A stretch of 64,000 bases of DNA from an uncultured Pseudomonadales bacterium (GTDB taxonomy: Bacteria; Patescibacteriota; Microgenomatia; UBA1400; UBA1396), in assembly GCA_964598125.1 (NCBI GenBank), contig CAZRAG010000001.1:8810-72809 (forward strand), written 5' to 3'. The notes beneath the pieces are model-generated. The model saw only the letters and a program-made list of their open reading frames with translations, was not told the DNA's origin and ran no database searches. Shown here in pieces: positions 26,896-36,815 of the stretch (position 1 is the stretch's first letter; the number at the start of each line of letters is the position of its first letter). A program made the position numbers and the translations under genes.

Positions 26896-27396
26896 ATGTC
26901 TGAAACAGTCATAGGATTATTCACTGATAGTAAGCGAGCCGGAGAAGCAGTCAGTGATTTTATTGACCTTGGGATAAGCCAGGATATTACGGTTATCGCC
27001 AAAGATGAGATGAATGGGGAAGTTACTACCCATAAAGTGCAAAGTGACGTCAGTGATGGAGCAGCTGCTGGCGCAGCAACCGGGGCGGTCATTGGAGGAC
27101 TTACCGCTCTCCTTGTTGGGGCCGCTTCGTTTACCCTCCCCGGTGTCGGTCTGGTTGTTTTGGGTCCATTGGCTTCAGTTTTAACGGGAATTGGAGCAGG
27201 CGCCCTTACTGGAGGGGTCGTGGGGGCGCTCATTGACTGGGGTGTCCCAGAGGAATCAGCTAAGATGTATGAAGAACGCCTGCAGGCGGGCGATGTGCTC
27301 GTCGGCGTTTCCACCGACCGAGTTTCCGTGGATGACGCGCGAGCCATTTTTGACCGATACGGGGCAACTTCTACCCAAACGTTTTATAACGAATAA
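26896..27396 (+). CDS. General stress protein 17M / YflT-like glycine-zipper protein
   Basis: N-terminus MSETVIGLFTDSKRAGEAVSDFIDLGI and C-terminus DVLVGVSTD...ARAIFDRYGA both match the YflT domain pattern. A central Gly/Ala zipper is present. Confidence 0.6.
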   Translation: MSETVIGLFTDSKRAGEAVSDFIDLGISQDITVIAKDEMNGEVTTHKVQSDVSDGAAAGAATGAVIGGLTALLVGAASFTLPGVGLVVLGPLASVLTGIGAGALTGGVVGALIDWGVPEESAKMYEERLQAGDVLVGVSTDRVSVDDARAIFDRYGATSTQTFYNE

Positions 27397-27547
27397 ACTC
27401 TTCGCTCGCCTTTGAAGCCCGGTGTATCTAGACAATCATGGGCAGAATTATCCTATAACATTGAACTTTTTGTTTCTTTAGCCTATAATAGAATTTCTGT
27501 ATTCGCCAGATTTGCTCTGGCTGTTCATGAAAAAGGAGTCTGTTGTA

Positions 27548-27976
27548 ATGGATACCAAACCCATGGGGATTGATGATAGCTTGATCAGCGGCCCTGAGTC
27601 GCAGATTCAAGAAGTTACTGATCCCGTCCAACGCGCACTGTTTGAAAAGTGGCTCCAGAACGACGTCCGTGACCTGATCGAGCGGGCACGCCATGATCAT
27701 GGGGGCAACACTGAAGCGCTGCGCTCACGGCACTACGCGCTTCACCTGCTGCGCCGTTCTCTTGAGCTGGGCGAAGTAGACCAGCAGTTGTTCACCTACT
27801 CGTTCGCTGCTCTAGAAGTTCGCCTGGGACTCGCCCTCGGCGGAGCGCTGAAATGCCAGCGCATCGGCCTGGCTGTGTGTCAGGAAGAAGGCATAACTCT
27901 CCAGGAGGTTATCGAAATACAGGCTAACCTCCCCGAACCCCCTCCGCCGCCTGCAAGGAGGGAACTGGGCGAATAA
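27548..27976 (+). CDS. Hypothetical protein, higher GC
   Basis: ATG at 27548 with SD aaggag 10 nt upstream; a hairpin terminator follows. Confidence 0.5.
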   Translation: MDTKPMGIDDSLISGPESQIQEVTDPVQRALFEKWLQNDVRDLIERARHDHGGNTEALRSRHYALHLLRRSLELGEVDQQLFTYSFAALEVRLGLALGGALKCQRIGLAVCQEEGITLQEVIEIQANLPEPPPPPARRELGE

Positions 27977-27995
27977 ATGCTCGGTTGGCAACTTA

Positions 27996-28031
27996 TGGGC
28001 GCGGCTGTAATAGGCGGCGCCCATTTCTTTT
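27996..28031 (+). terminator. Intrinsic terminator-like hairpin
   Basis: atgggcgc...gcgcccat is an 8-bp stem followed by ttctttt. Confidence 0.45.
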
Positions 28032-28139
28032 CTCCGTTGTTTTGACCAAATTATTATGTCCTATAGTATTTTCCTGTTAAGATTGTGGTGTATAATCCTT
28101 GATGCACACGTGTTTCTTTAGTGAAAGGGGTACTTTCGT

Positions 28140-28646
28140 ATGTCTCATCACATGATTGACGTGCACGACATCCGTTTGGCAATCGTCGCTAAGGGAGTAG
28201 ACCTCTGGACGCTGGAACCAAAGGGAAATGACGATTCGCGTTATCCGCTGGTCGTCAATGGGGTGGAGATGGCTCGCTTTTTCTTCGACAAAGAAGGCGT
28301 GTTCGTCGTCCACTACCGCTCGGTGAATAATGGCGCCATCTTTGTTGATGGTCAAGTGATTCACCAGCTCGGATTCGCGCAGCCTGTCCCCAGTGGCAGT
28401 TTGGTCGAGATCCGCAACGGGGCAGTCTACATTACCACGTCTGGCCCGTTGGCACGATTTCTGTGCGGCAATACAAACGATGTTGATGATCTGTTTGCAG
28501 TGCGCGATCAAGATCACAACATCAACAACGCCCTGGCGGTCTGGGAAGACACTGCTGTCAGCCCTGACTACCTGGGTACAACTGGGCGCGCTGTCTATGA
28601 TCGCATTGTCAAAGTGACGGGCCGCCGTTACCAAGACCGCGCGTAA
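28140..28646 (+). CDS. Hypothetical protein, higher GC
   Basis: 168 aa with SD aaagggg 6 nt upstream. Preferred over the overlapping antisense ORF 28077..28634. A hairpin at about 28663-28695 follows. Confidence 0.5.
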   Translation: MSHHMIDVHDIRLAIVAKGVDLWTLEPKGNDDSRYPLVVNGVEMARFFFDKEGVFVVHYRSVNNGAIFVDGQVIHQLGFAQPVPSGSLVEIRNGAVYITTSGPLARFLCGNTNDVDDLFAVRDQDHNINNALAVWEDTAVSPDYLGTTGRAVYDRIVKVTGRRYQDRA

Positions 28647-28722
28647 TAGCTGCCCAACAGTTTCGGGGGGCGAGAGAAATCTCGTCCCTTTTCATACCCA
28701 ACTCTCACACTTATTTGCCAGC

Positions 28723-29643
28723 ATGGCGGGTATGCAAAAAATTATTCCCCATTTATGGTTTGATACCCAAGCCAAAGAAGCCGCCGAATTCTACACTTCC
28801 ATTTTCCCTAATTCGCGTATTACTCACATCACCACTCTTCATGACACTCCTTCTGGCGATACCGATATCGTCTCTTTTAATCTATCGGGCTTTTCCTTTA
28901 TGGCCATAAGCGCTGGCCCACTTTTTACCTTTAATCCCTCCATTTCTTTTATGGTGAATTTTGATCCTTCCCAAGATGCGAACGCCAAAGAAAACCTTGA
29001 CGCTCTTTGGCAAAAATTAGCCGATGGAGGCGAGGTGCTTATGCCTCTGCAAGAATACCCCTTCAGTAAACATTATGGCTGGATACAGGATAAGTATGGA
29101 CTTTCCTGGCAGCTCATTCTCACCGATCCTGATGGTGAACCGCGCCCTTTTATTATTCCTTCGCTTTTATTTACCCAAGACGCGGCTGGTAAAGCTGAAG
29201 AAGCCATCAACTTTTATCTTTCTGTCTTTAAAAACTCGCAATTAGGCATGATTGCCCGTTACGGCGAAGGGCACGAACCAAATACACCTGATATGGTGAT
29301 GTTTGCCGACTTTCAACTCGAAGATATCTGGTTCGCTGCCATGGACAGCGCCAATGATCATAAGTTCCGGTTTACTGAAGCCATTTCCTTGCTCGTTAAT
29401 TGCGATACACAAGAGGAGATTGATTACTATTGGGAAAAAATGTCAGCGGTTCCAGAATCTGAACAGTGTGGTTGGCTGAAGGACAGTTTTGGCGTTTCTT
29501 GGCAAATTTCTCCCTCTTCACTCAGGCAAATGATGGAAAAAGGAACACCAGAACAAATAGATCGAGTGACACAGGCCTTCCTACCCATGAAAAAATTTAA
29601 TCTCGCCAAGCTGCAGGCTGCATATGAGGGCAGTGAAGTGTAA
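28723..29643 (+). CDS. VOC-superfamily protein with two tandem PhnB-like / 3-demethylubiquinone-9 3-methyltransferase-like domains
   Basis: Internal duplication: [24 protein letters not shown] versus [29 protein letters not shown]. Confidence 0.7.
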   Translation: MAGMQKIIPHLWFDTQAKEAAEFYTSIFPNSRITHITTLHDTPSGDTDIVSFNLSGFSFMAISAGPLFTFNPSISFMVNFDPSQDANAKENLDALWQKLADGGEVLMPLQEYPFSKHYGWIQDKYGLSWQLILTDPDGEPRPFIIPSLLFTQDAAGKAEEAINFYLSVFKNSQLGMIARYGEGHEPNTPDMVMFADFQLEDIWFAAMDSANDHKFRFTEAISLLVNCDTQEEIDYYWEKMSAVPESEQCGWLKDSFGVSWQISPSSLRQMMEKGTPEQIDRVTQAFLPMKKFNLAKLQAAYEGSEV

Positions 29644-29724
29644 TCATTCGTTTTACTAGCGAGTGACCCAGATTTTCTAATCTTTCACTTTTGCATTTGA
29701 GAGTGTTTCTCTATAATCAAGAGT

Positions 29725-30531
29725 ATGAAAAATAAAAAAAACATACTCCTTGCCTTGATCTTTCTGTTCATCAGTTTAATTATTTTGGGAATAAGTTACG
29801 TTACCTTACGTCCACAGAGATCTGTTTCTTCCCAAGAAAATAATGCAACGAGCAGTGCTACAGGTAAGGAAAGTGGAAAAATTAACTACATGTTAGATGG
29901 ATATCCCATTGATGAAGTTCCCCTTTACAAGTCAATATCGGTCAGCTCTATGAAGTATTTTGTTAATGATGATCCTCAGGGATATCCAGGATACTTTGGC
30001 AAACCAGTTAACTACTACAACGTTGTTTTTGAAACGGAAGCGAGTCCTAAAGAACTCCTTCAGTATTACCGGTCCATGATGAGCGAAATCAATGAAGAAT
30101 ACGTCTCGGATGAGCAGATCCAGGGAAAAATTGGTAAGTATGGTATTTCGGCATCACACTATGGCAATAATCCTCAAAACTACGCCTATCTTCAGGTGTA
30201 TTTGCCTGCCGAGGAATACCAAGAAACAAATCGCTTCTCCCACGAATATCCCAATGCTGTGGAAATTCAGCCAGATTGGACCGAGTATGAAAGCAGTTAT
30301 GGACTCCTGAATCAAAAGGGTGGAGAAAAAGAATACACGCAATACTTCACCATGCCTGAGAAAATTGATGAGCAGATACAAGATTACCAAGCGAAGTATC
30401 AGAACAGCCCCGAATATAGTTTTAATAGTGAAAATGGGGCAATGGCTTGGAAAAGCGGAGAGTGGAAAATTGTCCTGACATTTTCAAAAAGTCATGGTCG
30501 AATTTACCTCATGATGAGAAAACCAATGTAA
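29725..30531 (+). CDS. Membrane-anchored or secreted hypothetical protein
   Basis: 268 aa with an N-terminal TM/signal segment, then a Tyr-rich soluble domain. Confidence 0.5.
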   Translation: MKNKKNILLALIFLFISLIILGISYVTLRPQRSVSSQENNATSSATGKESGKINYMLDGYPIDEVPLYKSISVSSMKYFVNDDPQGYPGYFGKPVNYYNVVFETEASPKELLQYYRSMMSEINEEYVSDEQIQGKIGKYGISASHYGNNPQNYAYLQVYLPAEEYQETNRFSHEYPNAVEIQPDWTEYESSYGLLNQKGGEKEYTQYFTMPEKIDEQIQDYQAKYQNSPEYSFNSENGAMAWKSGEWKIVLTFSKSHGRIYLMMRKPM

Positions 30532-30601
30532 CTTCATAAAGAAGTATGCGGTGAATCAGCAAAATATTGAAAAGAATACGCAACCAGACTATACTTAGTC
30601 T

Positions 30602-30901
30602 ATGAACAAGAATCCTCTGTTGAATGCCTTGGCCGCCCTGGCCTATATTTCTCTCGTGGCAACAGTCATGAACTTTGGGAGCCGTCTCGCTAACCAGCCA
30701 GACACCTTTATTGCCCCCATTGCCTTCATTTCCCTCTTTACACTCTCAGCGGCCGTCATGGGCTACATTTTTTGCTATCAACCTCTCGTTTTGCTCATTG
30801 ATGGCAAAAAGAAACAAGCGGTAAAACTCTTTCTGCAGACAGTCGCTATTTTTGGCGTTATCACCGCTACCATACTCGGCTTGCTCTTTCTCGGCTTATG
30901 A
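30602..30901 (+). CDS. Small membrane protein
   Basis: 99 aa with three hydrophobic helices. Confidence 0.4.
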   Translation: MNKNPLLNALAALAYISLVATVMNFGSRLANQPDTFIAPIAFISLFTLSAAVMGYIFCYQPLVLLIDGKKKQAVKLFLQTVAIFGVITATILGLLFLGL

Positions 30902-31008
30902 GCCAGAGACCACTACCGCTGATCTGGCATTTTCTGACCACATTCTTACATTTATTGTTATACTGAGCTTCTCCTGATTTTTTAGAAAACATTCAGAGTG
31001 CTTAAAAA

Positions 31009-32316
31009 ATGAAAAATTTTTACCACCTTCTGGCGAATTCACTTATTGCTTCTATAACCAACTTTACGGTTTGGTTTGCTCTGGTTTTTTATGCCTACTT
31101 ACAAACACAGTCAGTCTTGGTCACCGGTGTTATTTCTGGTCTTTACTTAGTTGCTATTGCTTTATCTGGGTTTTGGTTTGGCAGTTTAGTTGATCACTAC
31201 AACAAAAAAAAACTCTTGATCGCTTCGAGTTTTCTCTCCCTGATTGCCTATGCTTCTGGCTTGGCCATCTACCTGACCAATTCGGGAGAAACCTTTGCCA
31301 ATCAAACCAGTCCGGTGTTATGGCTGCTGATTGTTATCTTGATGTTTGGTGTCGTATTAGGTGGGATTCGTAATATTACGGTTCCTACCATTGTCACCAT
31401 TATCGCTCCTGTTGACCAGAGGGACCGAGCGAATGGCCTGGTGGGGACGACATCAGGTATTTCTTTTCTAATTACATCAGTGATCAGCGGACTCCTGGTT
31501 GGTTCTTCTGGCTTGTACTGGGTTTTGATTCTTTCATTGATCGCTACGAGCATTTCCATTTTTGATTTATCGTTTATCTCCATTCACGAAATACCACAAG
31601 TAAAGAGCTCTGATCAATCCGCCCCGAAAAATATGGATGTCCGAGGAACAATCAAGCTCATTATGTCTATACCAGGTTTTATGGCCCTCATTGCTTTCAC
31701 CACCTTCAACAATTTTCTAGGGGGCGTGTTCATGGCTTTGATGGATGCGTATGGTCTTTCTCTTGTGTCGGTAGAAATCTGGGGCCTTATTTGGGGAGGC
31801 CTGAGCACCGGTTTTATCATTGGTGGTCTTTTGATCTCAAAGTTTGGTTTGGGAAAGAACCCTCTATACACACTCTTTGCGGCCAACCTGGTGATTTGGA
31901 CCGTGAGTAGTCTTTTCACGCTTCAATCTTCCATTGTGTTACTGGTAATAGGTATGTTTATTTACCTAACCATTGTTCCGTTTATAGAAGCAGCCGAACA
32001 AACTATCATTCAAAAGGTCGTTCCACAGGAACGGCAGGGGAGAGTATTTGGTTTTGCGCACAGTGTTGAGCAAGCTGCTTCTCCGCTGACCGCTTTCTTT
32101 ATTGGCCCCTTGACCCAAATGGTCTTTATTCCCTTTATGACCACCGGTGCTGGCATTGACCTCATTGGCAGCTGGTTTGGCACCGGTGCAGATCGCGGTA
32201 TTGCCCTGGTGTTTACCTTAACGGGAGTTTTGGGATTACTGATTACAATTCTTGCTCGGCGTTCTCAAGCTACTCACCAGCTGGCCAAAGCCTATATTGA
32301 CCACCCGGGGAATTGA
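31009..32316 (+). CDS. MFS-family transporter
   Basis: 435 aa with about 12 TM helices and major-facilitator-like topology. Confidence 0.8.
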   Translation: MKNFYHLLANSLIASITNFTVWFALVFYAYLQTQSVLVTGVISGLYLVAIALSGFWFGSLVDHYNKKKLLIASSFLSLIAYASGLAIYLTNSGETFANQTSPVLWLLIVILMFGVVLGGIRNITVPTIVTIIAPVDQRDRANGLVGTTSGISFLITSVISGLLVGSSGLYWVLILSLIATSISIFDLSFISIHEIPQVKSSDQSAPKNMDVRGTIKLIMSIPGFMALIAFTTFNNFLGGVFMALMDAYGLSLVSVEIWGLIWGGLSTGFIIGGLLISKFGLGKNPLYTLFAANLVIWTVSSLFTLQSSIVLLVIGMFIYLTIVPFIEAAEQTIIQKVVPQERQGRVFGFAHSVEQAASPLTAFFIGPLTQMVFIPFMTTGAGIDLIGSWFGTGADRGIALVFTLTGVLGLLITILARRSQATHQLAKAYIDHPGN

Positions 32317-32381
32317 TTCTTTGCACGAATCTTACAAAGCCTCGCTTTACTAAGGGTGTTTCAAAAGAGTAAGGAGTCCTC

Positions 32382-32804
32382 ATGGTATCCAGACTAAACC
32401 CTCATTTGGGATTTAAAGATAACGCTCGTGAAGCTATGCAGTTTTACCAATCCGTTTTTGGTGGGAAATTGAGTATCAATACGTTTAGCGAGTTCGAGGC
32501 ATCACAGGATAGTAACGAGGACAATAAGATCATGCACGCCATGCTCGAAGCAGAAAACGGCCTCATTCTTATGGCTGCAGATACACCAAATCACATGGAG
32601 TATAAGCCAGGCTCAGCAATTACCTTATCACTCAGTGGCGATAACGAAGCGGAGCTCAGGGGATATTGGGAAAAACTCCTAGAGGGTGGTTCTATCACCA
32701 TGCCTTTAGAGGCAGCTCCCTGGGGTGACACCTTTGGGATGCTGACTGATAAGTTTGGTACGGAGTGGATGGTCAATATCAGTTCTCCACAAGACAATAA
32801 ATAA
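32382..32804 (+). CDS. VOC-family (PhnB/YjdN-like glyoxalase-fold) protein
   Basis: 140 aa. LNPHLGFKDNAREAMQFYQSVFGG ... HAMLEAENGLILMAAD matches the PhnB-like pattern. Confidence 0.7.
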   Translation: MVSRLNPHLGFKDNAREAMQFYQSVFGGKLSINTFSEFEASQDSNEDNKIMHAMLEAENGLILMAADTPNHMEYKPGSAITLSLSGDNEAELRGYWEKLLEGGSITMPLEAAPWGDTFGMLTDKFGTEWMVNISSPQDNK

Positions 32805-32852
32805 CCTATAATATTTACTTCTGGACATTATTTTGGTATAATACACGGATTA

Positions 32853-33125
32853 TTGGCCGAGTTCTTGAAAAAGGATAACAGCATCATGGCATTCAAAGAT
32901 GATTGTCCGTATGGCGATGAATGGCGCAATGGTCGGCTCCTCAACCCGCGCAAGGCGGGTATGGGATACATTTGCGATATCGAAATCGCCGTCACTTCAG
33001 AATCGCTCGTTCCGAGCGACGCTGAAATTATTAATCATATTCGTAGGTATCATACCTATCTTTGTTACAAGGAAGTTGTTATAACGCAAGAACGGTACAA
33101 TGAGCTAACGAGTGGAGGCAACTAA
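32853..33125 (+). CDS. Hypothetical protein
   Basis: 90-aa ORF followed by a strong terminator. Confidence 0.4.
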   Translation: MAEFLKKDNSIMAFKDDCPYGDEWRNGRLLNPRKAGMGYICDIEIAVTSESLVPSDAEIINHIRRYHTYLCYKEVVITQERYNELTSGGN

Positions 33126-33164
33126 AAAAAACTTTTTACATTGCTCTCACCTGTTAAGAACCTA

Positions 33165-33200
33165 ATGGGCGCTGTTACATAACAGCGCCCATTTTCGTTT
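33165..33200 (+). terminator. Strong intrinsic terminator
   Basis: atgggcgctgtta-cat-aacagcgcccat is a perfect 13-bp stem, followed by tttcgtttt. Confidence 0.6.
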
Positions 33201-33254
33201 TCTCCGCTTTTACCATCAATCAATGATAAGATTTGAGAAGTTTAGCAGCCCATC

Positions 33255-34520
33255 ATGCTCAGCCATCATGCCCTCAATGGGGAATCAGCGCGGCCTCCTC
33301 GAGAACAAATGTTCGATTTGCGTTCTCATTACCGGGCAGTTCCTCCAGAACGACTGGAACTTATCTCTCAACGATTACAGCGAACCTGGAACTCTTTACG
33401 GCTCTTTTGGCAACCAGGAGCAACTCATTTCCCCGCCGACCGTCTTTGTATCACCGACTCAGAAATCATTACCTATCCCCGAACGAAACCGACTAACATC
33501 GGTCTGGCAATTTTGTCACAGTTAGCCGCAGAAAAAGTTGATCTCCTTACCATCCCAGAAGCCGAAAAACACATTCGGCAACTCCTTGACTCACTGGCTC
33601 ACATAGAACGGTGTAACGGTTTTTTTTACGACTGGTATGACACACAGACTGGTGAAAAACTCACCAAGTGGCCAGAAGGTGGCAACGAACTACAACCCTT
33701 CCTTTCCTCGGTCGATAATGCTTGGTTAGCTTTAGCTTTGCTGATCACTCAAAAAATAAAACCCTCTATGGCTGAATTCATCCAGGAGGAATTTCTCAGT
33801 CAAATGAATTTTGAGTCCTTTTTTGATCCTGATTCCCAAGAGCTTTGGGGAGGCTATGAAGTTGCCAAACAAGCCCACTCGCAGTTTCATTATTCCCGTG
33901 AACGCGTCTCGGAGCCGCGGATTATTCACTGGGTTAACGCCGCTCTTTGTCAGGATGAAGGTCAGAGACAAATCATTCTCAAAAGACTACTCGATAAACA
34001 GGGCAAAGTCCCCAAACAGCTCGCCGGTGGCGCCATGTTTGAGCTCCTTATGCCGCAACTGTTTATCCAGGAGGATTATTTGGAAGAAGCGGTCCAGGTT
34101 ATTTTTCAGCAGCACCGAGAATATGGTGAACAACATCTGGATGGCTGCATTGGTTTGTCAGTGGCCGACGATCCTACCCAAGATAATCACTACCGGGAAA
34201 TGGGAGTAGGAGGAACCTATCCGCCTGCTTCTGTTCTTTCTTCCCATGGAGTGGCTTTGGCCTTATTGGTTCAGCCTGATTTGGCTCTCCTCACTCTGCA
34301 AAAAATAGAAAAGTTGCCAGGATTCTATACCGAAGTAGGATACTTTGATGCTGTCGATTTAAAAACGGGGGCGGTTACCGATACCCAAGTATTTGTGAAT
34401 CAAGCCATGGTCTTTTTGAGTTTTTTTACCTACCTCGACGATTCTTTACGAGAAGCTTTTGCTGAATATTTCTCACCAAAACAAATCATATTCCCATTAC
34501 TCAAGAAGGAATTGCGCTAG
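33255..34520 (+). CDS. Glucoamylase-like (DUF3131/GH144-type, beta-1,2-glucan-active fold) protein, tentative
   Basis: NGFFYDWYDTQTGE resembles the conserved FYNWYDT motif of the glucoamylase-like domain found in cyclic beta-1,2-glucan synthases and GH144 endo-beta-1,2-glucanases. No signal peptide. Confidence 0.4.
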   Translation: MLSHHALNGESARPPREQMFDLRSHYRAVPPERLELISQRLQRTWNSLRLFWQPGATHFPADRLCITDSEIITYPRTKPTNIGLAILSQLAAEKVDLLTIPEAEKHIRQLLDSLAHIERCNGFFYDWYDTQTGEKLTKWPEGGNELQPFLSSVDNAWLALALLITQKIKPSMAEFIQEEFLSQMNFESFFDPDSQELWGGYEVAKQAHSQFHYSRERVSEPRIIHWVNAALCQDEGQRQIILKRLLDKQGKVPKQLAGGAMFELLMPQLFIQEDYLEEAVQVIFQQHREYGEQHLDGCIGLSVADDPTQDNHYREMGVGGTYPPASVLSSHGVALALLVQPDLALLTLQKIEKLPGFYTEVGYFDAVDLKTGAVTDTQVFVNQAMVFLSFFTYLDDSLREAFAEYFSPKQIIFPLLKKELR

Positions 34521-34617
34521 TAGAACAACCCTGCAGAATGTGTTCTTTTGTTACGAGAATTAACCTTGGAAATCTATCATTCTGTATATAACCTTAACCA
34601 AAGTGTATACTTTGAAA

Positions 34618-35412
34618 ATGCCGTCCAAAGTAATGGATAGACTGATAGTCCCTGGCGAGCATTTATATCAACCCTTTTCGGAAGCTCTCCCATTGGAAGC
34701 TCGCTCAATTCCAGGCTACGCCTGACGGCATCAACTGGACAGAAAGAGTTTGTCAACAAAGCTATGCACCTCAAGTTGAAAAACATATTTTTGAAAGAGC
34801 TTCCTTTGATTTTTATGGTTCTCTACGTGCTGAACTCGACTCTATAGACCCACAGACCACCCGAGAACTCCGCCGATCGCTTCGAGATCGAGGCGTTGGA
34901 GATCCATTCATCCATCCCATTCTTCCAGACTTAAGTGACACCGATATTGTGATTGCAATGGTCATCAATCAGGTCATTGGAAAGGGCCATTTTATGCCGC
35001 ACTTCACAAATTAAATGCCGCTGTTACAAAAATACTTGAAAATGAGGTTCGTTCTGAATATCCAGAATTGATTATTCAGCAGTTTCCCAAATTACTCAGC
35101 AATCAAGGTGGACAAAATAGCAATCCAACAATATCGCTCCTCAGCGCCAAGGCCTCAAGCCTGGCTGCTCTGACAAGTTGCGGTACTTTTTTTGACAACC
35201 CACATACTGCAGGACACATCAATATTGCATTTTGTCTGCAAGCTATCATTCATCTCCAAGATGCCGGTCTCATACAAGAGGCAAACATGATTTTGCAACA
35301 GTTTGAGAGAGACTTGTCACTGGTAGAAGATCCAAATCACCCGGGAGAAAACCTCACTTCCTTATTAAATGCGCTCCTTAACGATTCCACTCCAGTAGCG
35401 GTAACTCGTTGA
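34618..35412 (+). pseudogene. Gene disrupted by two frameshifts (unknown family)
   Basis: ATG at 34618 opens a 36-codon frame ending at 34725. A protein-like reading continues in a second frame (34649-35011), then switches by -1 near 34987 into the frame of ORF 35068..35412. Confidence 0.4.
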
Positions 35413-35605
35413 TAACCATACTCCTATAGGTACTTTTAAGAGATTGTTTCTCTTACTTTGTTCGTACTTGGAACATCCGGAAACTTCACGAAATTCACAT
35501 ACTCTCCTCAATAGGAAGGAGTTGTGACAGAGTGCCACACTTCATCGCGAAGCCCATGGCGAACAATCTGTCTCGGTCGTTCTTTCAAGAACTGGAGGAA
35601 CAACG

Positions 35606-35917
35606 ATGCCACAAAAAGGTCGTATCCCGAAGCAAGCACAGCAGCTTCGTACCACAGCCGGGCAGTATGCCCACGCGCTGATCAAGGGCGATGAGGCTAT
35701 GCTCAACCAAATGACCGTCTACTCAAGCCAGGGCGGCGTGGGGTCAACCCCGGCGTCTTTGCCTGGGAGTGTGACGGGGATTCACGAGATCGTGACACGC
35801 GGTAACCGAGCCATCGTCTTCTTCGAGGACGCCAGCAACGGCACCCCGTGCATCGGTCAGTTTACCGTTTTGGGCAACAAAGTCCTCAGCGACTGGAAGC
35901 TGTTCAAGCAGATCTAG
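35606..35917 (+). CDS. Hypothetical protein, high GC
   Basis: 103-aa ORF, GC-rich relative to its flanks. Confidence 0.4.
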   Translation: MPQKGRIPKQAQQLRTTAGQYAHALIKGDEAMLNQMTVYSSQGGVGSTPASLPGSVTGIHEIVTRGNRAIVFFEDASNGTPCIGQFTVLGNKVLSDWKLFKQI

Positions 35918-36025
35918 CGCTGAGAGCGACTCAACCATCGCAGCCTGAACCGACCTGATAAACAACTCGCTTCCTGGAGGGGTGCGGCTCACTCGAGACC
36001 GCATCCCTCCCATCCCTGTTAAACA

Positions 36026-36706
36026 TTAACGGAGGTTTCGGAGACTTTCAAACTCAAAAACAGCAATTACTCTATGAGGAGGTTTTGTTTCACTATAGCT
36101 TTGCCTTGCTTCGGCGGCTTCGAGACTATTATCTTCCGTCACAAAATGACTATTACCTCTTCCTGCTTGATGCAGAAGAATGGAGTAGGGCGGAACGATA
36201 GATTCCGTAGAAATCAGTTCTTCATTCGACACAACTGAAAGCGGAGGTCCAAATATTTTTTCCATTTGCGGACCAATCAGTGCCTGGCCATTTTCATTGA
36301 GTCGATAACGAGAAATTCGAATACCCCAAGCTCCATGGACTTGGAGAAAGGCTTGAGGAAGGTGTTCGTGTGAAATTAGCAATTTGTTGGGAACCAGGAG
36401 ATGCGCATATTCTCTCCAGGCGGTTTCCCAGATTTCATCGGCAGATGGTAATTGGCAATCTGGCTGTAGCGCATGACTTAAAGCGCTTAATCCAGCAAAA
36501 AAGCATCCCTCACCTGTTTCAAGTTGCCGACGAAGAAGGGCATTGATAACACTTCGGTTATAGCTCATATCAGAGTCAGAAATGGGAACATCTGCTTCTT
36601 GAAGAGAAGAGAAATCAATCTTGCGATCCAATACCGGAATTTTGGCAGACCAAGGATCTACTTCTACTGAGACTCGATTTAAAAAATTTCCCATACGCGC
36701 CAACAA
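36026..36706 (-). CDS. Hypothetical protein
   Basis: 226-aa ORF. Confidence 0.45.
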   Translation of the reverse strand: MLARMGNFLNRVSVEVDPWSAKIPVLDRKIDFSSLQEADVPISDSDMSYNRSVINALLRRQLETGEGCFFAGLSALSHALQPDCQLPSADEIWETAWREYAHLLVPNKLLISHEHLPQAFLQVHGAWGIRISRYRLNENGQALIGPQMEKIFGPPLSVVSNEELISTESIVPPYSILLHQAGRGNSHFVTEDNSLEAAEARQSYSETKPPHRVIAVFEFESLRNLR

Positions 36707-36815
36707 TCTTTCCGCTGGGTTTTCGGCTCTCGCCAGTGTAATGTGAATTTGAGTAATCTTCAGTAATAGAAATTATCTTTACTCAATTATTACGTAAATC
36801 ACACACAAAAATGAC

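Noticed and set aside
26838-27347. 169-aa minus-strand Pro/Ala/Thr-rich ORF
   Set aside because: Antisense to the YflT-like gene, which has recognisable domain repeats. A GC-rich shadow frame.
28077-28634. 185-aa minus-strand ORF
   Set aside because: The overlapping plus-strand ORF 28140..28646 has a good SD and a downstream terminator. Typical GC-rich antisense open frame.
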